A stretch of 64,000 bases of DNA. Source: Mustelus asterias (Eukaryota). Under the pieces are notes generated by a model. It was not told the DNA's origin. It saw only the letters and a list, made by a program, of their open reading frames with translations, and made no database searches. Each line of letters starts with the position of its first letter. Within the stretch, counting starts at the first letter, position 1. Below, in pieces: positions 11,331 through 22,600 of this stretch. A program made the translations under genes and the position numbers. Where the stretch lies: contig NC_135830.1 of NCBI RefSeq assembly GCF_964213995.1, positions 9,362,001 to 9,426,000 of the forward strand. Direction: 5' to 3'.

Positions 11331-11721
11331 TTCTCCCACCTTCAATTGACTTCAATGTGATGGAAACTGAATGTTGGAACCTGTCAACATTTGAAATATA
11401 TTTACAAATGATTGGAGGGTTTCTTCCAGATGGATCTTTCTCTGTTCTTTCTACTGGTAGCGTTAGAAAACATACTTTCTCCTGTGAATATCCAGCTGGA
11501 ATATTCGGCACTGATGTGTTTCCTTGTTCATCTTTTTCACTCGAAATATTGAATATTTTGGTTTCAGACAGCAGATAATCAAACTCCCAGCAATAAGACC
11601 ATAAGACATAGGAGCGGAAGTAAGGCCATTCGGCCCATCGAGTCCACTCCACCATTCAATCATGGTTGATTTCAACTCCATTTACCCGCTCTCTCCCCAT
11701 AGCCCTTAATTCCTCGAGAAA

Positions 11722-14544
11722 TCAAGAATTTATCAATTTCTTGAAGACGCTCAACGTCTCGGCCTCCACAGCCCTCTGTGGCAATGAATTCCACAGACCT
11801 ACCACTCTCTGGCTGAAGAAATTTCTCCTCATCTCTGTTCTAAAGTGACTCCCATTTATTCTAAGGCTGTGCCCCCGCGTCCTAGTCTCCCCTGCTAATG
11901 GAAACAACTTCCCTACGTCCATCCTATCTAAGCCGTTCATTATCTTGTAAGTTTCTATTAGATCTCCCCTCAACCTCCTAAACTCCAATGAATATAATCC
12001 CACGATCCTCAGACGTTCATCGTATGTCAGGCCTACCATTCCTGGGATCATCCGTGTGAATCTCCGTTGGACCCGCTCCAGTGCCAGTATGTCCTTCCTG
12101 AGGTGCGGGGCCCAAAATTGCTCACAGTACTCCAAATGGGGCCTAACCAGTGCTTTATAAAGCCTCAGAAGTACATCCCTGCTTTTGTATTCCAAGCCTC
12201 TTGAGATAAATGACAACATTACATTTGCTTTCTTAATTACGGACTCAACCTGCAAGTTTACCTTTAGAGAATCCTGGACGAGGACTCCCAAGTCCCTTTG
12301 CACTTTAGCATTATGAACTTTGTCACCGTTTAGAAAATAGTCCATGCCTCTATTCTTTTTTCCAAAGTGCAAGACCTCGCACTTGCCCACGTTGAATTTC
12401 ATCAGCCACTTCTTGGACCACTCTCCCAAACTGTCTAAATCTTTCTGCAGCCTCCCCACCTCCTCAATACTACCTGCCCCTCCACCTATCTTTGTATCAT
12501 CGGCAAACTTGGCCAGAATGCCCCCAGTCCCGTCATCTAGATCGTTAATATATAAAGAGAACAGCTGTGGCCCCAACACTGAACCCTGCGGGACACCACT
12601 TGTCACCGGTTGCCATTCTGAGAAAGAACCTTTTATCCCAACTCTCTGCCTTCTGTCTGACAGCCAATCGTCAATCCATGTTAGTACCTTGCCTCGAATA
12701 CCATGGGCCCTTATTTTACTTATCAGTCTCCCGTGAGGCACCTTGTCAAAGGCCTTTTGGAAGTCAAGATAGATAACATCCATTGGCTCTCCTTGGTCTA
12801 ACCTATTTGTTATCTCTTCAAAGAACTCTAACAGGTTTGTCAGGCACGACCTCCCCTTACTAAATCCATGCTGGCTTGTCCTAATCCGACCCTGCACTTC
12901 CAAGAATTTAGAAATCTCATCCTTAACGATGGATTCTAGAATTTTGCCAACAACTGAGGTTAGGCTAATTGGCCTATAATTTTCCATCTTTTTTCTTGTT
13001 CCCTTCTTGAACAGTGGGGTTACAACAGCGATTTTCCAATCCTCTGGGACTTTCCCTGACTCCAGTGACTTTTGAAAGATCATAACCAACGCCTCCACTA
13101 TTTCTTCAGCTATCTCCTTTAGAACTCTAGGATGTAGCCCATCTGGGCCCGGAGATTTATCAATTTTCAGACCTTTTAGTTTCTCTAGCACTTTCTCCTT
13201 TGTGATGGCAACCATATTCAACTCTGCCCCCTGACTTTCCTGAATTGTTGGGATATTACTCATGTCTTCTACTGTGAAGACTGACGCAAAGTACTTATTA
13301 AGTTCCTCAGCTATTTCCTTGTCTCCCATCACTAGATTACCAGCGTCATTTTGGAGCGGCCCAATGTCTACTTTTGCCTCCCGTTTGTTTTTAATGTATT
13401 TAAAGAAACTTTTACTATCATTCCTAATGTTACTGGCTAGCCTACCTTCATATTTGATCCTCTCCTTCCTTATTTCTCTCTTTGTTATCCTCTGTTTGTT
13501 TTTATAGCCTTCCCAATCTTCTGACTTCCCACTACTCTTTGCCACATTATAGGCTCTCTCTTTTGCCTTGATGCATTCCCTGACTTCCTTTGTCAGCCAT
13601 GGCTGCCTAATCCCCCCTCTGATAACCTTTCTTTTGTTTGGGATGAACCTCTGCACTGTGTCCTCAATTACTCCCAGAAACTCCTGCCATTGCTGTTCTA
13701 CTGTCTTTCCCACTCGGCTCTGCTTCCAGTCGATCTTTGTCAGTTCTTCCCTCATGCGCCTGTAATTACCTTTATTTAACTGTAGAACCTTCACATCTGA
13801 TTCTGCCTTCCTTCTTTCAAATTTCAGACTGAATTCTACCATATTATGATCACTGCTTCCTAAGTGTTCCCTTACTTTCAGATTTTTTATCACGTCTGGC
13901 TCATTATATAACACTAAGTCCAGAATAGCCTGTTCCCTCGTGGGCTCCATCACAAGCTGTTCCAAAAAGCCATCCTGTAAACATTCAATGAATTCCCTTT
14001 CTTTGGATCCACTGGCAACATTATTTACCCAGTCCACCTGCATATTGAAATCCCCCATGATCACTGTGACCTTGCCTTTCTGACATGCCCTTTCTATTTC
14101 GTGGTGCATTTTGTGCCCCTGGTCCTGACCACTGTCAGGAGGCCTGTACATAACTCCCATTATGGTTTTTTTGCCTTTGTGGTTCCTCAACTCTACCCAC
14201 ACAGACTCCACATCGTCTGACCCTATGTCGTTTAGTGCTATTGATTTAATTTCATTTCTAATTAACAAGGCAACCCCGCCCCCTCTACCCACCTCTCTGT
14301 CTTTTCGATAGGTTGTGAATCCCTGGATGTTTAACTGCCAGTCCTGAACCCCCTGCAACCACGTCTCTGTGATGCCTACCACATCATACCTGCCAGTCAC
14401 AATCTGGGCCACAAGCTCATCTACCTTGTTCCGGACACTGCGGGCATTTAAATATAGCACCTTTAATTCCCTATTGACCGTCCCTTTTTGTTTTCGTAGT
14501 GTGGTGGACCTTGGTTTACTGAGCCTTTTCAGACACTGTGTCAT
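11722..14544 (-). CDS. CR1 ORF2: APE endonuclease and reverse transcriptase (940 aa; extreme C-terminus frameshifted)
   Basis: Motifs LNARS, GITETW, GDFN, SDHN (APE) and YLDFQKAFDKV, GVPQGSVLGP, KFADDTK (RT). The expected tail IDKFLISRGIKGYGERAGKWS lies in another frame. Confidence 0.9.
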   Translation of the reverse strand: MTQCLKRLSKPRSTTLRKQKGTVNRELKVLYLNARSVRNKVDELVAQIVTGRYDVVGITETWLQGVQDWQLNIQGFTTYRKDREVGRGGGVALLIRNEIKSIALNDIGSDDVESVWVELRNHKGKKTIMGVMYRPPDSGQDQGHKMHHEIERACQKGKVTVIMGDFNMQVDWVNNVASGSKEREFIECLQDGFLEQLVMEPTREQAILDLVLYNEPDVIKNLKVREHLGSSDHNMVEFSLKFERRKAESDVKVLQLNKGNYRRMREELTKIDWKQSRVGKTVEQQWQEFLGVIEDTVQRFIPNKRKVIRGGIRQPWLTKEVRECIKAKERAYNVAKSSGKSEDWEGYKNKQRITKREIRKERIKYEGRLASNIRNDSKSFFKYIKNKREAKVDIGPLQNDAGNLVMGDKEIAEELNKYFASVFTVEDMSNIPTIQESQGAELNMVAITKEKVLEKLKGLKIDKSPGPDGLHPRVLKEIAEEIVEALVMIFQKSLESGKVPEDWKIAVVTPLFKKGTRKKMENYRPISLTSVVGKILESIVKDEISKFLEVQGRIRTSQHGFSKGRSCLTNLLEFFEEITNRLDQGEPMDVIYLDFQKAFDKVPHGRLISKIRAHGIRGKVLTWIDDWLSDRRQRVGIKGSFSEWQPVTSGVPQGSVLGPQLFSLYINDLDDGTGGILAKFADDTKIGGGAGSIEEVGRLQKDLDSLGEWSKKWLMKFNVGKCEVLHFGKKNRGMDYFLNGDKVHNAKVQRDLGVLVQDSLKVNLQVESVIKKANVMLSFISRGLEYKSRDVLLRLYKALVRPHLEYCEQFWAPHLRKDILALERVQRRFTRMIPGMVGLTYDERLRIVGLYSLEFRRLRGDLIETYKIMNGLDRMDVGKLFPLAGETRTRGHSLRINGSHFRTEMRRNFFSQRVVGLWNSLPQRAVEAETLSVFKKLINS

Positions 14545-14678
14545 ATTTTGTGAGATGGGGACTATCGTAACCTTTCCTGAGCGCTGTCTTTTCGTGATTT
14601 TTTGTAATCCTAAGCAGCTACGCTTCCCACTGATTCCTTCACCTCTTGGTTCCCTGACTTTCCCTTCCCCCCCAATCT

Positions 14679-15635
14679 CTAGTTTAAAGTCCTATTGACC
14701 ACCCTATTTACTCTCTTCGCCAGAACACTGATCCCAGCTCGGTCCAGGTGGAGACCATCCCAACGGTATAGGTCCCCCCTGCCCCAAAACTGATGCCAGT
14801 GTCCCATGAAAAAGAACCCCTCTTTCCCACACCACTCTTTCAGCCACGTGTTAACTTCCCTTATTCTTGCCTCCCTATGCCAATTAGCACGTGGCTCGGG
14901 CAGTAATCCGGAGATTATGACCCTTGAGGACCTGTTTTTTAATTTGAATCCTAGCTCTTTATAATCTCTAAACAGGTCCTCTTTCCTAGACTTGCCTATG
15001 TTGTTGGTACCAACATGGACCACAACAACTGGATCCTCCCCCTCCCTCTCCAGTATCCTTTCAAGCCGGTCAGAGATGTCCCGCACCCTAGCACCGGGCA
15101 GGCAACATACCATGCGGGACACTCTATCCTGCTCACAAAGGATACTATCTATCCCCCTGATAATAGAATCCCCTCCAACTACAACTTGCCTATTTACTTC
15201 CTCCCCTTGAATGGCCTGCTGAACCATGGTGCCTTGGTCAGCTGACTCATCCTTCCTGCAGCCCTGTTTGCCATCCACACAGTGAGCAAGTGCCTCGTAC
15301 CTGTTGGACAGGGTCAAGGGCTGAGGCTCCTGAGTTCCTGACTGCTGGTTCCCTTTACCTGCCTGACTTGCAGTCACACCCTGCTGTCCCTGGCCACTGG
15401 CAGGATTAAAACTATTTACTCTGACAGGTGTGACTGCCTCCTGAAACACAGTGTCCAGGTAAGTCTCCCCCTCCCGGATGTGCCTCAGTGTTTGAAGCTC
15501 AGACTCCAGCTCATCAACTCTGAGCCGGAGTTTTTCAAGCAGCCAACACTTACTGCCGATGTGGTCGCTGTAGCTCGCAATGGGATCTGCCAGCTCCCAC
15601 ATCAAGCAGCTCAAGCACATCACCTGACCAGCCAT
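14679..15635 (-). CDS. CR1 ORF1: coiled coil and SGNH/GDSL esterase-like domain
   Basis: GDSIIR, CLPGA, VHVGTNN and DGLH esterase blocks, and an N-terminal Cys/coiled-coil region. Confidence 0.9.
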   Translation of the reverse strand: MAGQVMCLSCLMWELADPIASYSDHIGSKCWLLEKLRLRVDELESELQTLRHIREGETYLDTVFQEAVTPVRVNSFNPASGQGQQGVTASQAGKGNQQSGTQEPQPLTLSNRYEALAHCVDGKQGCRKDESADQGTMVQQAIQGEEVNRQVVVGGDSIIRGIDSILCEQDRVSRMVCCLPGARVRDISDRLERILEREGEDPVVVVHVGTNNIGKSRKEDLFRDYKELGFKLKNRSSRVIISGLLPEPRANWHREARIREVNTWLKEWCGKEGFFFMGHWHQFWGRGDLYRWDGLHLDRAGISVLAKRVNRVVNRTLN

Positions 15636-16149
15636 CTCTAATTAATTAATTAGTTTAATTTAAGTTTACGAGTTTAGCTGTGTTTTTTTTAAATTTGGGG
15701 CAGATTTGCTATCAACCAATCAGATCACAGCTTCCCTCTGACGTCACTTTTGAAGAAAGAAAAAGTGGAAAACAGGAAGTTACCGTTAGGTTTTTATACT
15801 CACCCAGAGACTGCTCCTCCTCCTCCGAACAGCTCCCGAAACTAGTCTATTACTGACTTTATTAACAGCACTGCAATAATACAGGGTAATTCCAAATTAG
15901 TTCCATTCCTTAATGAAGTATTTAAATGATGGCATCCATTTGTATTTCAGAGTCAGTAACATAGGAATGGTGTACTGGTCTTTAATTTCGATACAATTTT
16001 AATTCAATGTTCCTTCTTTCAATATCCTTTCCACCACTTCCCCGTTACCTGATTAATTTGAGATACCAGCAGACACAATGTAAATCACAGTTGCTGTGGG
16101 CAATTGACGTGTTTGTGGCGTCAGTTTCCGAATATCAGTGCATCGCAGC

Positions 16150-16221
16150 GTTGCTGTAGTGTAGTGGGTATCACGGTCGCTTTACACGCAAAAGGGTTCC
16201 TGTTGGATCTGGGGCAGGAAT
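16150..16221 (+). pseudogene. tRNA-Val-derived pseudogene
   Basis: GTTGCTGTAGTGTAGTGGGTATCACGGTCGCTTTACACGCAAAAGG resembles vertebrate tRNA-Val. The T arm is decayed. Confidence 0.7.
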
Positions 16222-16887
16222 ATTTACCAGAAAAACAGAAATTTCTGGAAAAACTCAGCCGGTATGATAGCATCTGTGGGGAGAGAGTGGAACCAACATT
16301 TCAAGTCTGGATGACCCTTCGTCAGACTTCTTGATTCGACACAATGGCTCGATTCTCTCATCACAAGTGCTGGCAGACCTGCTGAGATTTTCCATTATTT
16401 TCTGTTTGTGTTTCAGGTTCCAGCATCACTAGTACTTTATTTTTACAAAAACATTTCCAAATGTTATCAATTTCAGAGTGATTGGGCTTTCAGAATTTTT
16501 CGCACATTTGTCACGAAACTGACCTGTGGATCATTTTCAAACAACGAACGTTGCAGTACAATTATCACTTTCGCTTCCGATGGTTCGAAACAGGAAAGAA
16601 ATATTTCCAAATATTTTACAATTCGGAGTGAGGGAAAAGTTTCGTAATTCAGTGGCAGTGTAAACGGTAAAATCTGACCTATTACCAGACAGATTTTACC
16701 TTGCAACAACATCTCAATCGTTCGTACTTTGCAGTCTTAATTCACAAGAGATGTTCCACACCCAGAAGCACGCTGCACCACTATCCAAAGCACTGCGTTG
16801 CTTTCAAAGGCAATCTCTCCTCTTAAAAGGTTGCACACTCTCACTCGATGATGGTGAAATGTGACAGACAAATAGATAGATAGCGAG

Positions 16888-16889
16888 GT

Positions 16890-16931
<42 letters not shown>

Positions 16932-17240
16932 TGAATAGANNNNNNNNNNNNNNNNNNNNNNNNNNNNNNNNNNNNNNNNNNNNNNNNNNNNNNNNNNNNN
17001 NNNNNNNNNNNNNNNNNNNNNNNNNNNNNNNNNNNNNNNNNNNNNNNNNNNNNNNNNNNNNNNNNNNNNNNNNNNNNNNNNNNNNNNNNNNNNNNNNNNN
17101 NNNNNNNNNNNNNNNNNNNNNNNNNNNNNNNNNNNNNNNNNNNNNNNNNNNNNNNNNNNNNNNNNNNNNNNCCAACGGACGGACGGATGGATGGATGAGG
17201 AGAGGGAGAAGGACGGACGGAGGAATGAACGGACGGAAAG
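16888..17240. repeat. (AG)n and (GGAC/GGAT)n microsatellites flanking an assembly gap (N 16940-17171)
   Basis: Directly visible in the sequence. Confidence 0.95.
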
Positions 17241-17286
17241 GAACATTTCACTGACTGAGAATAAGTAACATTCACCTTAGTTCAGC

Positions 17287-19992
17287 CTATGCGCAAAATT
17301 TTAAAAAATTAACAAATTGTTTGAGTGGATATTTCACCAAATTCTTTAACTCGGCTCTGATTTTACTCTGGGTCCCAGCATAAATCAATGGGTTGATGCA
17401 GGAACACAAAAACAGAAGCATATATCCAGTTTCCTCAAGATTAAATGTATTACTGAAACCAGAACCTGAGAAATAAGTAACTTTCGCAATTCGGACATAG
17501 ATGATAGTTATAAAAAATAACAAGTATAACAGGATGAAATTTCCCGAAATGGTGAAGAGTAAAACAATGGACTTTTTCCGCTTCTCCACCTCTGGGTCAC
17601 TCTGATTCTTTCCATTGTTCTGGGCCCGGAGTCTCCTGCGGGCTCTATTGGCCGCTAGAATGTGTCTTACAGTAAGAGCATTCAGCAGCAAAATCAAAAT
17701 GAATGGAAGGATAGGAGTTACAATACAACGCATCAAGTCATAAGCAGCCCAGAAAGGGGATGTGTAAAATATTAACTTTACATTGCAGAACCAGGGTACA
17801 TCGTCAATTATGTACAGGGGTTCATAAACAAAGTACACAAAGACATTTTTTACACAGGCGAGTGTGGACACGATTCCAATGACCCACGTGGCCACATTTT
17901 CATTACAATATTTAACTTTGAGCTTCTGGCAACAAATAGCCACAAATCTATCAAACGTGAAAGCGACGGTTAACCAGACAGAGTTGTCCATGGCGGTAGA
18001 ATGTAGGACTGTACGGACGCTGCAAACTGGTGTGACAGACAAGAAGCTCAATGGAAAAAAGATTCCCGCAATCCGGTTTAATATTACAGCAGATATTATG
18101 TGCAGGAGATCCACCACCGCTATGGAAACAAGGTAATACGTGATACATCTGGAGAGACCACAACTTTTTCTTGCGAGGACCATAATCACTGCTGTGTTAG
18201 CTGTAATAGAGGGAAAGAGATTGTGAGAATTTGTGCATGACGAAGCATGGGAAGTGGAACATTCATCGCAACAAAACAATCCATGATGTTGAATTCTGTG
18301 TGATAGTTGCAACATTTATACCTGATCTCAGGGACACTTGTTTCTGCTTAATAACAATATCTTTATTAATAATAAGGAATGTTAACGAAAGTGATTGCAT
18401 TTTTAATGAGAACTGAGAGAGGAATAATGCGAAATGGAAAGCATATCAAAACCAAAACTGAATAATTAAATGCACAATACAATGACATGTAAACAACTAA
18501 TTAAAACATATTGGAGAAGATAAATTGGAAAATATCCAATAATAAGTGCGGAAGTTAATATGGTCACGGATTATATTTCAATGGGTATTAAATATGGATC
18601 CATGAATGACAGCAAAATTATTTACTTTTGGAAACGTTTGCAGTGAATTTTCTCGAATAAATCCTCAAACAAAGGCAAATAAAAGGACAATTGTTAGCAG
18701 TTGTCGGAACTTGCAGATTTAGGAAGCAGCGCCAAGACTGAATTGTATCCCTGATAATCATCTGAAATATCCGGTGAAATATAAAACGAGAGATTTAACG
18801 AGTTATTTTGCTTGACTCTTTGCAGAGAACAGAACAATTTGAAACGATACTGGGATCTGGGACAGAAAGGAATCAAACAATCAGGAGCAGCAAATGTGAA
18901 ATAGGATTCCCGGGCGGAGCCAATGAGTGTTTGGCACTGGGACAAGGCACAAATTGTTGTGAGTTCGGGATTAATAACAATCATTCATCAAGGATAACTG
19001 TTTGCATTATTTCAGCCTTCTACATATCCATCCCTGACGTTCGGTCAGAACATCCCATCCATGCCCTTCTGTCTGCCCTGTCCCTGTAATCCCGCGCATT
19101 TACCATTGCTAATCCAACTAACATACACGTCCATGGGCATTAAGGTGCTTCTTTACGCGGCAAATCTACATAACTTGCGCAGTTTTGTATTCTGGGCACC
19201 TGGAGAAAACCCTCACGCACACATGCGAAGAATATGCAAACTCCACTCAGACAACACATCTCTGGAATTGACCCCCTGTTTATTGTGCTATGAGGCAGCA
19301 GTGCCAACCACAGTGTACCTCTGCTGCTCAATTTGAGAATTCGCCCAGAGGAATATTGTCAACGCCAACACAACAATCATAATAACTTTATAAACAACAA
19401 ACATAAATAACAAAACATAAATAACAACATTGAATTGTGTTTAACCATTATAACAGAACGGAAATGTAAATCAGAGTGAGTAACACAATAAAACCTCGAC
19501 TGTCAGATGTTACTGGTGAATGGGACAGTTTATATTACCAATTGATGAAATGGTACCTGTCACAGCACGGTTGTATAAGGTTAACACGGTGAAACCATGT
19601 ATTGAATGTGAAGGAACTACGGTGGGAAAGACGTAAAATTATACCGTTAAATTTGTTGAATTTATGGAATGAACATCGAAAAATTATGTCAGGGAATAGC
19701 TAAATTATAATGCCAAATAAGGAATTGTCTACTGAAGTCGAAACGGGACATTTTCGAGGAATACGTTAAAGGGCAGAAAACAGAACTTTGACGGGCAAAC
19801 CTATATCCCTTTCAATGAGAGGAGGAACTTGGTGCTGTTGAGATAAGGTGGTAATAAAGTGGAGGAATTAATGCAACCAAACAATATTTTTCGGCAGCAA
19901 CTAAATAACTGAGATATTTTACCTGAAACTCCGATAGCTGCTATGACTGGATAATAAATGGCAAATACGAGACCTTCTGGTATTCCATGCAT
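17287..19992 (-). CDS. Class A GPCR, GPR139/GPR142-like (exon 1 19923-19992, exon 2 17287-18200; 327 aa)
   Basis: Exon 1 MHGIPEGLVFAIYYPVIAAIGVS with a phase-1 GT donor. Acceptor TATTACAG. The spliced ORF is open (984 nt) with seven hydrophobic segments and the motifs CGLSRCITYYL, SVWLTVAFTFDRFVAIC and CINPLIY. Confidence 0.88.
19060..19325 (-). mobile_element. Diverged V-SINE copy in the GPCR intron
   Basis: Similar to 475-690. Confidence 0.65.
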
Positions 19993-20043
19993 TTCTCCCA
20001 GAAGCGCTGATCGCGGTCTGCACTACATTGAAAAATTGTCACA

Positions 20044-20049
20044 TTTATA
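20044..20049 (-). promoter_or_regulatory. TATA box of the GPCR gene
   Basis: TATAAA on the minus strand, about 50 nt upstream of the exon 1 ATG. Confidence 0.5.
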
Positions 20050-20136
20050 CGCGATGTCATGCTCCAGGGAGATAATTAGGTTGCTTGATCTTTCGCATTA
20101 ATTAAATTTAAAAGAACAAAGAGATTATTGCAACAA

Positions 20137-20236
20137 CGGCAAGGTGACACAATGGTTCGCCCTGTTGCCTCACAGCGCCAGGGACCCGGGTCCAATTCTG
20201 GTCTCCGGTCACTGTCTGTGTGGAGTTTGCACATTG
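20137..20236 (+). mobile_element. V-SINE 5' part (truncated)
   Basis: tRNA-like head up to GTGGAGTTTGCACATT, where it breaks off. Confidence 0.75.
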
Positions 20237-20327
20237 TAACCCGAGCCCTAACTCTAACCTTGACACTAAAACTAACCCCAACCCGAAATAACTAACTAAC
20301 CCGAAACCTAACATTAACCCTAACCCT
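20237..20327 (+). repeat. Degenerate telomere-like (TAACCC)n tract
   Basis: About 15 imperfect TAACCC/CTAACC units. Confidence 0.65.
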
Positions 20328-21376
20328 CGGTGACATAAAGCCAATAAAAAAAAACAAGAATACGGACTTTAAAAAGGGGAAAGGAAAGAATCCAAAATGA
20401 AACAAAGAAAATATTCCACCACTTAAAAAGCAAATAGTCTCGTCGACAGAGAATAATCTCTCTCTAAGCTACAGACAAAAAGATTCATTGCATCCCCCAG
20501 AACACAACACCACCCAGATGATACGAAGCACCCACCCCACGCTCCCCCCCCCCCCCCACAACACGACACGTACCCAAAACCATCAAAAAGACTCCTTGCC
20601 CCACAAATAAAACCCCACTACCCAAGCCCAACACCATTACAAAAGATGTCCCACCAACCCTCTGCTTGGTTCACCTCGACCCTCCCACTTTCCCCCTCAC
20701 GAATCAATAAGAAAAACCAGGAAGAAGCTTCTCTCCCTTACCCTCCACGCTCCTGACCAGACCATATACAAGGACGAGAGGCAGCCACACTTGAAGACTT
20801 ATTGACTGTCAGACACTGCCAAAGCCTCCAAAAAGAGACCAAGAGCCCACCACTGGCACAAAATATCACAGGGGAAAAAAGGAATATCCCTCCCCCACAA
20901 ATACCAGGAATGCAACGCAAGGACTGAACCAGGAACCAAAACATTAAAAGAGGTTACCACATAGGGCATAAGGGGACAACAGAGATTCGAAAGCAGAACC
21001 AAAAAAACAAACACCCGCCCATCCAAGCAAAAAAAACATCCTCAACCCGCCCTAATCACAGAACCATAGATTGAGGGAACACAAAACTGAGAACACAGCA
21101 CACCGTTTCCCTGTCAGTCAATGATTGGGAGGGGGTGAATTCAAAACCCACAGAGAACCAATGCGTTTCAACAGCTTCCTGTCACTCCAGGACAAGAATT
21201 GGCGCTATTTAAGCCCATATGCAGGACAGGTAGAGAGGGGAAACTTCCATTACCCGCAGAGGTAGCACGGAACACGAGCTGAACACAGAACACTCACTCG
21301 CCCCAAAATTGCTGGACGACACACTATCCCAAAAGGCCACGAAAAGCACACGAAGGACAGTGAGAACAACTCTCCC

Positions 21377-21418
21377 TTCCCTTGATGAAGCGTAAGGAAG
21401 CAGCGAAACCGGTCGGGA
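21377..21418 (+). ncRNA. Candidate minimal type I hammerhead ribozyme
   Basis: TTCCC-TTGATGA-AGC..GC-GAAA-CCGG-TC-GGGA: stem I TCCC/GGGA, core with a C3U variant, palindromic helix III, and a GUC cleavage triplet. Confidence 0.5.
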
Positions 21419-22062
21419 TGCAAGCTAAATAAGCAAGATTAAACCCCAGTTGGGTCTCTACTGGGGAGGAAAGGTAAGAATGGCCAGACACCATCCACAG
21501 CCAGCCTTGGAAGTGGGACGAATGGGAGCTAAATGTACCTCAGCTGGACCTGGTCTTGACACCCTACAGCCCTCGGGTGAGTGAACTTTCCACATCCACA
21601 CATAAATAAAGACTCTCAGACCGTGTGCCCTGGACACGGTCCGCGGATTGACATACGTTCACCTTAATCAATGGGGCTAATCCAAAACACATAGGGACCT
21701 AAAAGAACGGTAGAAATAATCGACTCGGCGAAGTGTAAACCACTAAAACAAAATATAAATCTGTATTTCTTTCCAGTAAGATATAAAATGCAGGACACAA
21801 TGGCCACATGGCGACTCTGTACAATCCACGGGCAGATCTCGGAAAAATATCAATCATTAAGTATTCAATCACCCGAATCAGTAGGACAAACCTGGACACA
21901 GGATAGCTTGTCCCAACTAACAAACGGGCTCTCCCTTAAACATGCGAATGTCTATATTCTTTGAATCACCTTGAACAATGGAACGAACCCTGGTCACAGA
22001 ATAACACACAATAACTGACAAATGAAAGTCTCCAAAGAAGGGCAACAACTAAGCCACTGGAT

Positions 22063-22300
22063 CAAAGAACAAAGAACAAAGTACAAAGAACAGTACAGCA
22101 CAGGAAACAGGCCCCTCGGCCCTCCAAGCCTGCGCCGCTCCCTGGTCCAACTGGACCAATCGTTTGTATCCCTCCATTCCCAGGCTGCTCATGTGACTAT
22201 CCAGGTAAGTCTTGAACGATGGCAGCGTGCCTGCCTCCACCACCCTACTTGGCAGCGCATTCCAGGCCCCCACGACCCTCTGTGTAAAAAACATCCCTCT
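22063..22300 (-). mobile_element. CR1 3' fragment
   Basis: FFTQRVVGAWNALP motif and an (AAAGAAC)n tail. Confidence 0.8.
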
Positions 22301-22344
22301 GAGACTTTAAAATAATAAAATACATGTGAAATCATTAATTTATG

Positions 22345-22600
22345 GGCCCGGACGGTGGCACAGTGGTAAGCAGTGCTGTCTCACGGCGTCAGAGACCCGG
22401 CTTGACTTGGACCATTAAGCAGAGTTTGCACGTTCTCCCCGTGTCTGCGTGAGTTTCCTCCAGGTGCTCCGGTTTCCTCCCACACTCCAAAGATGTGTAT
22501 GTTATGTGGATTGTCCGTGATAAATTCTCCCTCAGTGTACCCGTTCACAGTAACTTAATTGCATCGTTAATGTAAGCCTATTGGGACACTAATTAAAAAA
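22345..22600 (+). mobile_element. V-SINE copy
   Basis: tRNA-like head and V core AGTTTGCACGTTCTCCCCGTGTCTGCG. Confidence 0.75.

Larger units (their letters stand above)
11594..15845 (-). mobile_element. Near-full-length young CR1-clade LINE
   Basis: 5' UTR, ORF1, ORF2 and a short repeat tail in canonical order. Confidence 0.95.

Noticed and set aside
11340-11593. Open reading on the minus strand between two CR1 tails
   Set aside because: No recognisable motif or supported splice sites. The ORF start lies in the CR1 3' UTR.
12344-15245. Antisense ORFs within CR1s (also 49600-52591 and 25188-27652)
   Set aside because: Shadow frames of LINE coding sequence.
15850-16070. Minus-strand LYYCSAV motif suggesting a fourth V segment
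   Set aside because: No WYRQ, leader or RSS could be found, and there are in-frame stops.
16737-17275. ORFs spanning poly-X
   Set aside because: Artefacts of the N gap and the flanking microsatellites.
18201-18315. N-terminal 38 aa of the 342-aa GPCR ORF
   Set aside because: It lies upstream of a good splice acceptor and lacks TM1. Exon 1 at 19923-19992 supplies the proper start.
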